Made by a program: the position numbers and the translations under genes. From NCBI GenBank assembly GCA_033762915.1, contig JANRLD010000112.1, positions 1 to 13,303 of the forward strand: a stretch of 13,303 bases of DNA, read 5' to 3'. Of the stretch, positions 8,053 to 13,303 are shown piece by piece; the stretch's first letter is position 1, and every line of letters begins with the position of its first letter. Origin of the DNA: Meiothermus sp. (GTDB lineage Bacteria > Deinococcota > Deinococci > Deinococcales > Thermaceae). The notes under the pieces are model-generated. The model was not told the DNA's origin. It worked only from the letters and a program-made list of their open reading frames with translations, and did not search any database.

Positions 8053-8667
8053 ATGAAGCGACACTTTGTGGCCCTGGGCGACAGCTTTACCGAGGGGATC
8101 GGGGACACCGTAGATGGCCTCGAGCTGCACTCGGCCCAAGACTGGATCGCGCTGTGGATGCAGACCGCCAACCCCGACATGAAATACACCAACCTGGCCG
8201 AGCGCGGCCAGCGGGCGGGGGAAGTACGCAGCCAGCAGATGGGACGGGCCCTAAAACTCGAGCCCGATCTGGTCAGCATCGTGACCGGGGCCAACGATTG
8301 CCTGCGGGGGCCGTTCAGTGCGGAAGGCCTCAAGGCCGAGATGGGCCTAATGTTCGGAGCCTTTGAGAGCACTGGGGCGCGGATTTTCACCTCCGTTTTG
8401 CCCGACTTCACCTCTAGGCTCGAGCTGCCTTCCTTGGTCGGGGAGCGGGTGAAGCGCAATCTCGAGACCGCCAACACCATCATTACTGAACTCGCCGAGC
8501 GCCACCGCGCCATCCTCTTCGATTTCCGGGCCTCGGGCCTCGAAGCTCGGGGCGAACTGTGGAGCGAGGACGGCGTTCACCCCAACGCCAGGGGGTACTT
8601 TGAGATCGCTCGAGCCGTGGCCCTGCTGATTCGAGCGAACGGGATTGAACTCGAGGCGCAACCGTGA
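8053..8667 (+). CDS. SGNH/GDSL hydrolase family protein
   Basis: Block I ALGDSFTEG, block II NLAERG, block III GAND, block V DGVHPN. Start placed at ATG 8053 after GAGG, not 7960. Confidence 0.93.
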   Translation: MKRHFVALGDSFTEGIGDTVDGLELHSAQDWIALWMQTANPDMKYTNLAERGQRAGEVRSQQMGRALKLEPDLVSIVTGANDCLRGPFSAEGLKAEMGLMFGAFESTGARIFTSVLPDFTSRLELPSLVGERVKRNLETANTIITELAERHRAILFDFRASGLEARGELWSEDGVHPNARGYFEIARAVALLIRANGIELEAQP

Positions 8668-8875
8668 ACCCGGCTTTCTGCGTACCGAGTAGGTGGTTTT
8701 GGCAGGGCTAGGACCGTCGTAGATAACGCCTCGATAAACCGGGTATCCCGGACGAATTTGGTGGATCGAGACGGCGAAGTTTACGCCCTGTTAAATACGA
8801 TACTCTTCGTTGGGCGCACTCACACGCAGAGATAGGTACAGTCCGGTTTGGGGCTGATCTTTCAAAGCGCTATGT

Positions 8876-11467
8876 TCAACCGCCCTCGCGGCGCAGTGCG
8901 CTGGTGGTTTTTCGCGTCGCGGTTGCGTTCCATGGATCCTCGGGCCAGGGGTGTTTGTTGTAGCGTCCGCGCATTTCCTTGCGAACCTCGGGATAGGTGT
9001 TTTGCCAGAAACTCCGCAGGTCTTGGGTGACCTGGATTGGGCGCTGGGCGGGGGATAGCAGGTGCAGCATGACTTTGGTTCGCCCGCCGTTTACCGTGGG
9101 GGTGTCGGCAAGTCCGAACAGCTCCTGTAGCTTGACCGCCAGAACCGGCGCGGAACCGTCGGGGGCATACTCGAGCCGTACCATCGAGCCACTGGGCACC
9201 TGGAGTCGTAGTGGGGCGAGTTCATCGAGTTGCCGAACAAGTTCCCAGGGCAGCAGGGCCGAGAGCATCGCGCCCAAGTCAAGCGTGGTGAAGTCTTGGC
9301 GACGGTTGACGCGGGTCAGATGCGGCCCCAACCAGTCCTCGAGGCTCTCGAGCAGCTGCATGTCCGTGACGTCGGGCCAACCCTCGCCACGCCACCTGCG
9401 CACAGACAACACCCGCGCTTGCCACTGCCTTAACCCTTCCGACCAAGTAAAGAGACCCAAACCCTCCGATCGAACTACGCGCAACAGGGTTCGCAGCCGA
9501 AGTTCTTCGGGCACCTGCCTGAGCGGCTCGGTGCGAAGGGCGATCTCGCCGATTCGAAACTCTCTCTGAGCCACCAATGTTCCGAGTTGCGGGTTCCACT
9601 CCACAACCTCGGCAGTCTTTCCGAATGGCTCAAGGTCGTCCGGATGAGCCGGGGCGGCCAACCAGACCCGGCCTTCGGCCTCGCCCGCGTCTAAGTGGGC
9701 CACGGCAAGCCAGGGCTGTCCTTGAAGGGGGTCGTACTCGTTCAGCCGGACCCCTCGCCCGCTCGAGAGTTTGTACTTTAGCCCCTGACCCTCGCGCAGA
9801 CGCGCCACCCGGTCGGGATAGGCCAGCGCCAGCAAACGTCCGACCCGGAACGGGTCAGGCGGTGCGTTATCACACTCAACCCTTAGCCGCCGGCGCCACT
9901 CCGCTGCCAGACGCTCGCTCCTGCTCAACACATTTCTGTCAGCCCCGTGTAGCAGGGTTTTATCCTCCTGCCAGCGGCGAAGCGCCTCAACCCGCAGGGT
10001 GAGGTCGGCACTCGAGTTCCGGGGCAGCGGGTCCCGCTCCTCGAGCAGTGCCGCAACGTCCGTCGCCAGCGCCTTCCAATCCGATGCCTCGCCAACGGTC
10101 TTTCTGCTCCGCTCTATAGAGGTAGGAGGCTGAAGTGTGGCTGGAGCCAGGGCTTGTGCCTCGATCAACAGGTGGGCGATGCGGGGGTGCGTGGGCAGCT
10201 CGAGCATGCGTCTGCCGCGCTCGGTTATTCGCCGCGGCGGCCGGCCCTCCCCCAACTCCACGGCCTCAAGTGACTCCAGCAGTTCGTAACCTTGCCTCAC
10301 CGCTCCAACCGGCGGCGGGGTTACCCAGGCCATCTGGCCCACGTCTCTTACCCCCCACTGGGCCAGCTCGATCAGGGTCGGAGCGAGATCGGCCTCGAGG
10401 ATTTCTGGCTTTCTTTGCGCGACCAACTGGCTCTGGGTCGCCTGGCTCCATAGGCGGTAGCAGACGCCAGGGCCGAGGCGTCCGGCGCGGCCTGAGCGCT
10501 GCTCGGCGGAGTCGGCGCTGACGCGTACGGTCTCGAGGCGGCTCAGCCCGGTGCGCGAGTCGAACCGGGGAATCCGCGACCAGCCTGAGTCCACCACCAC
10601 CCGGATGCCCTCGATGGTCAGCGAGGTCTCGGCTATCGAAGTTGCGAGGACGACCTTGCGCCGGACGGGGTCGGGCACGATGGCGGCCTGTTGCTGTTCC
10701 AGAGGCAGCTCGCCGTACAGCGGGAGAATGTAGAGCCCGGGGTGGCGTGCCTCGAGCAGCTCCTGAACCCGGCTAATTTCACCGACGCCCGGAAGAAACA
10801 CCAGGATGTCGCCCTGCTCCTCGGCCAAAGCCCTCGAGACCGCTCCGGCCACCAGAGCGGGCAGTGGGGTGTCGAGGTCTCGAGGGAGATATCGAACCTC
10901 TACGGGGTACTGCCGCCCGGTCGCGGTCACTACCGGAACCTCGCCGGCCGAGGCAGCCAGGGTCCCGCTCAGCCCTTCGCTGTCCAGCGTGGCCGACATC
11001 ACCAGGAGCTTCAGATCTTCGCGCAGTGCCGACTGCACCTCCAGGCACAGCGCCAGGGCAAGGTCGGCATTAAGGCTGCGCTCGTGGAACTCATCGAAGA
11101 TCACCAGCCCCACACCTTCAAGGCCCGGGTCGGACTGCAAGCGACGGGTCAAGATGCCCTCAGTGACGACCTCGAGGCGGGTCCGGCTGCTCACCCGGCT
11201 TTCGAAACGCACCCGATAGCCCACGGTCTGCCCCAGCTCCTCACCCAAAAGGCTAGCCATCCGCGCTGCCACTGTGCGTGCCGCCAGCCGCCGGGGTTCG
11301 AGCATTACCACCGACTGCCCCTCGAGCCAATTTTCGCCTAGCAGTTCGACTGGCAACACCGTAGACTTGCCGGCCCCTGGCGGCGCTTGAAGGATCACCA
11401 CCCGATGTTGAGCCAGCTTTACGCGCAGTTCGGGCAGGGCTTCGAAGATGGGCAGCGGTTCAGACAC
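8876..11467 (-). CDS. hrpB: ATP-dependent RNA helicase HrpB
   Basis: APPGAGKST, DEFHER, MSAT, LATSIAETSLTI, QRSGRAGR and the HrpB C-terminus (LLSPAQRPIQVTQDLRSFW...YPEVRKEMRGRYNKHPWP). Start placed at GTG 11467, 8 nt after TACAAT (11476-11481). Confidence 0.96.
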   Translation of the reverse strand: MSEPLPIFEALPELRVKLAQHRVVILQAPPGAGKSTVLPVELLGENWLEGQSVVMLEPRRLAARTVAARMASLLGEELGQTVGYRVRFESRVSSRTRLEVVTEGILTRRLQSDPGLEGVGLVIFDEFHERSLNADLALALCLEVQSALREDLKLLVMSATLDSEGLSGTLAASAGEVPVVTATGRQYPVEVRYLPRDLDTPLPALVAGAVSRALAEEQGDILVFLPGVGEISRVQELLEARHPGLYILPLYGELPLEQQQAAIVPDPVRRKVVLATSIAETSLTIEGIRVVVDSGWSRIPRFDSRTGLSRLETVRVSADSAEQRSGRAGRLGPGVCYRLWSQATQSQLVAQRKPEILEADLAPTLIELAQWGVRDVGQMAWVTPPPVGAVRQGYELLESLEAVELGEGRPPRRITERGRRMLELPTHPRIAHLLIEAQALAPATLQPPTSIERSRKTVGEASDWKALATDVAALLEERDPLPRNSSADLTLRVEALRRWQEDKTLLHGADRNVLSRSERLAAEWRRRLRVECDNAPPDPFRVGRLLALAYPDRVARLREGQGLKYKLSSGRGVRLNEYDPLQGQPWLAVAHLDAGEAEGRVWLAAPAHPDDLEPFGKTAEVVEWNPQLGTLVAQREFRIGEIALRTEPLRQVPEELRLRTLLRVVRSEGLGLFTWSEGLRQWQARVLSVRRWRGEGWPDVTDMQLLESLEDWLGPHLTRVNRRQDFTTLDLGAMLSALLPWELVRQLDELAPLRLQVPSGSMVRLEYAPDGSAPVLAVKLQELFGLADTPTVNGGRTKVMLHLLSPAQRPIQVTQDLRSFWQNTYPEVRKEMRGRYNKHPWPEDPWNATATRKTTSALRREGG

Positions 11468-11694
11468 CAAAGGGCATTGTACGGGTAGAGGGCATCGAAA
11501 CATGAACCATCTGCTAAGGGGTTGGGTTCTAGGCTATGCTCTTTGCGCTCTAGCCGAACTACCTACCAAAGGCTAACCTCGAAGCCTGCACCACACATTA
11601 AACGCCCTAGCATTCCTCACGCCTTTGGAATTATTTGCGTCAGGTTGGCCAAACGTTTCTGCTAGGTCTCGAGCCGAGTTCCGCCCGCTAACGT

Positions 11695-12819
11695 TTACCC
11701 GATCTTTGCCACCCGTAGCGCCTCGAGCAAACCCGACCGATGCCCGAACGCCTCCAGCGCGATCTCCTGGCCGCAAATTGAGCCAACCACGTTCCCCGTG
11801 CCCGAGTACCCCCCGACGGCCCAGACGTTGGGGCGAACCTGGCCGCAAAAGGGCAGGTAGTCAGGCGTGTAGCCGACCGAGGCGGCCCAGCGGTGGGTGA
11901 CGGGCGCGGCGATGCCCAGTTCGCGGAGCTTGGCCTCGAGCAGTCCTTGCACGGGCTCGGCGGGATGGTCTTCGGGGGTGTTTTCGCCCTCGCCGCCCCG
12001 GTCCCTGAAGCCGCCCATCGCGATGCGCCCGTCCGCCGTCTGCTGCCAGTATTCATAGCCCCAGCGGGAACTGACCGGGCGAGGAAAACGAAGCTCGGTT
12101 GGGGCAGTTGCGAGCATCTGAAGCCGCAGCGTGCGCACCTTTCCGCGAAGTTCAGGGAGCAAGTGATCGAGCTTCCCGTCTACCGCCACGACAACCTTAG
12201 GACACACAACCTTGCCGTTGGTCGTGGCCACGCCGTCTTCGAGCAGACCTACCACTGGAGAATTCTCAAACAAAACAGCTCCGCCCGCGCTGGCCAGCCG
12301 CGCCAGCGCTCGGCAGCGCTCCAGGGGATTGGTCTGACCCCCTCCCGGAAACAGCAGTCCGTTGCCTTCGGGTCCTGTGTAGCGTTCGACGGGGAAACCG
12401 TCGGCCTCGAGTGCTTCCCGCGTCCGGTCGCAGTCGGCCTCCTCGCCTTCTTCGCTGATGATCCGAACAATGCCGCTTAGGCTGACGGTTTCGGGGGCCT
12501 GTTCCTTCATAAAGGGTATACGCTCGAGGGTGGCCTGGTACCAAGCCCGCGCACCCTCGCGCCCGATCGCCGAGATAAGGTCGGGATACCCCTTTGCTAG
12601 CCCTGCACCCAGCAGCCCGCCGTTCCGCCCAGCCGCCCGCCCCGCCACGCTCCCTGCGTCGAGGCCAATCACGCGTTTGCCCTGGTTCAACAACTCGAGG
12701 ATCGCCGCCAGCCCCGAGCCGCCCAGCCCGACCACACAGACCTCGGCTTCGAGGTTGCCCTCGAGGCTTGGATACCCTGCCCACTCGGCCTGCTGCCACA
12801 CCGGAACGTTGTTGGTCAT
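11695..12819 (-). CDS. FAD-dependent oxidoreductase (DAO / PuuB-like amino acid or amine oxidase)
   Basis: VVGLGGSG dinucleotide fold, AAGRNGG, C-terminal GGYSGTG. ATG lies 6 nt after an extended -10, TG-C-TAAACT (12826-12834). Substrate cannot be determined. Confidence 0.9.
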   Translation of the reverse strand: MTNNVPVWQQAEWAGYPSLEGNLEAEVCVVGLGGSGLAAILELLNQGKRVIGLDAGSVAGRAAGRNGGLLGAGLAKGYPDLISAIGREGARAWYQATLERIPFMKEQAPETVSLSGIVRIISEEGEEADCDRTREALEADGFPVERYTGPEGNGLLFPGGGQTNPLERCRALARLASAGGAVLFENSPVVGLLEDGVATTNGKVVCPKVVVAVDGKLDHLLPELRGKVRTLRLQMLATAPTELRFPRPVSSRWGYEYWQQTADGRIAMGGFRDRGGEGENTPEDHPAEPVQGLLEAKLRELGIAAPVTHRWAASVGYTPDYLPFCGQVRPNVWAVGGYSGTGNVVGSICGQEIALEAFGHRSGLLEALRVAKIG

Positions 12820-13044
12820 GGGGTCAGTTTAGCAGGGTAGGTGGCCAAAAGGACGGAGAGGAGGTAAGCACAGGGGCAAAGGCCAACACGCTTGAGACTT
12901 CTCCCGCGAGACGTCAATACCACGCCCATGCGTACAGAGTTCTTTTGTCGCCTCGGAGGCCAAGAAACGTCGGATCGCCTTTCCCACCCATAATCTTCCA
13001 AGGTGCGGAGTATGGCACTCAGTTCGGCATAAACCGCCATTCCA

Positions 13045-13124
13045 AGTGTTCGTGGCAACCGCTCTACAGCAAAAACCGGCCGCTTTGGCGCCGTAGTGAG
13101 TATGCGTGGGAACCGCTCTGAGCA
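13045..13124. repeat. Degenerate direct repeat, 2 copies 54 bp apart
   Basis: AGTGTTCGTGGCAACCGCTCTACAGCA (13045) and AGTATGCGTGGGAACCGCTCTGAGCA (13099). The core CGTGG(C/G)AACCGCTCT is 14/15 identical. Confidence 0.6.
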
Positions 13125-13184
13125 CCCACGACGCGGAGGTGGCAGACTGCTTGCTTGTCCCCCTTCAATTCCTTTGGTGGGTCC

Positions 13185-13303
13185 GATTCCCCGCCGCTTG
13201 CGGCGTTCATCTGTGTATAAGCTGATGCGGTGAGCCGCAGTGTCCGAAAGAGCCACAACGTCAGCGTGCTGCTATACCACTTGGTGTTTCCCGCGAAGTA
13301 CCG
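13185..13303 (+). mobile_element. Left end of an IS200/IS605-family insertion sequence (truncated by the window edge)
   Basis: Subterminal hairpin CGCCG-CTTG-CGGCG (13192-13205) directly upstream of a TnpA N-terminus. The left boundary is approximate. Confidence 0.82.
13230..13303 (+). CDS. tnpA: IS200-type Y1 (HUH) transposase TnpA, N-terminal fragment
   Basis: From GTG 13230 the frame reads MSRSVRKSHNVSVLLYHLVFPAKY(R), the typical TnpA start (YHLVFxxKYR). TAAGCT (13218-13223) lies 6 nt upstream. Not in the ORF track. Confidence 0.88.
   Translation, partial: MSRSVRKSHNVSVLLYHLVFPAKY

Noticed and set aside
8665..8836. Selenocysteine or read-through extension of the SGNH gene past its TGA
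   Set aside because: The SGNH domain is already complete at the stop and no SECIS-like hairpin is recognisable.
12990..13130. CRISPR array
   Set aside because: Only two degenerate repeat copies and no cas genes.
12816..13258. ORFs 12816..13256, 12829..13125 and 13064..13258 on the minus strand
   Set aside because: Unnatural composition, and they overlap the oxidoreductase promoter and/or the IS end.

Overview
GC-rich bacterial chromosomal window that looks like Deinococcus-Thermus, probably Meiothermus-like. This is inferred from the heavy CTCGAG over-representation, TAnnnT -10 boxes 6-8 nt before many starts, and Thermus-like proteins. Gene order: 5' part of metG (-), NarL-type response regulator and HisKA_3 sensor kinase (-), DUF427 protein (+), fadN-type 3-hydroxyacyl-CoA dehydrogenase/enoyl-CoA hydratase (+), a low-GC Abi-alpha/DUF4393 gene, a DinB-family gene, a hypothetical gene and an SGNH/GDSL hydrolase (all +), hrpB (-), an FAD-dependent oxidoreductase (-), and the left end of an IS200-type element at the right edge. 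The most striking feature, missing from the ORF track, is an apparently complete ribosome-mediated attenuator upstream of metG. It comprises a promoter, a leaderless 13-aa peptide MSRHFRMMEVPRR with tandem Met codons, a long antiterminator hairpin and an overlapping intrinsic terminator. All family assignments come from motif recognition by eye; no searches were run.
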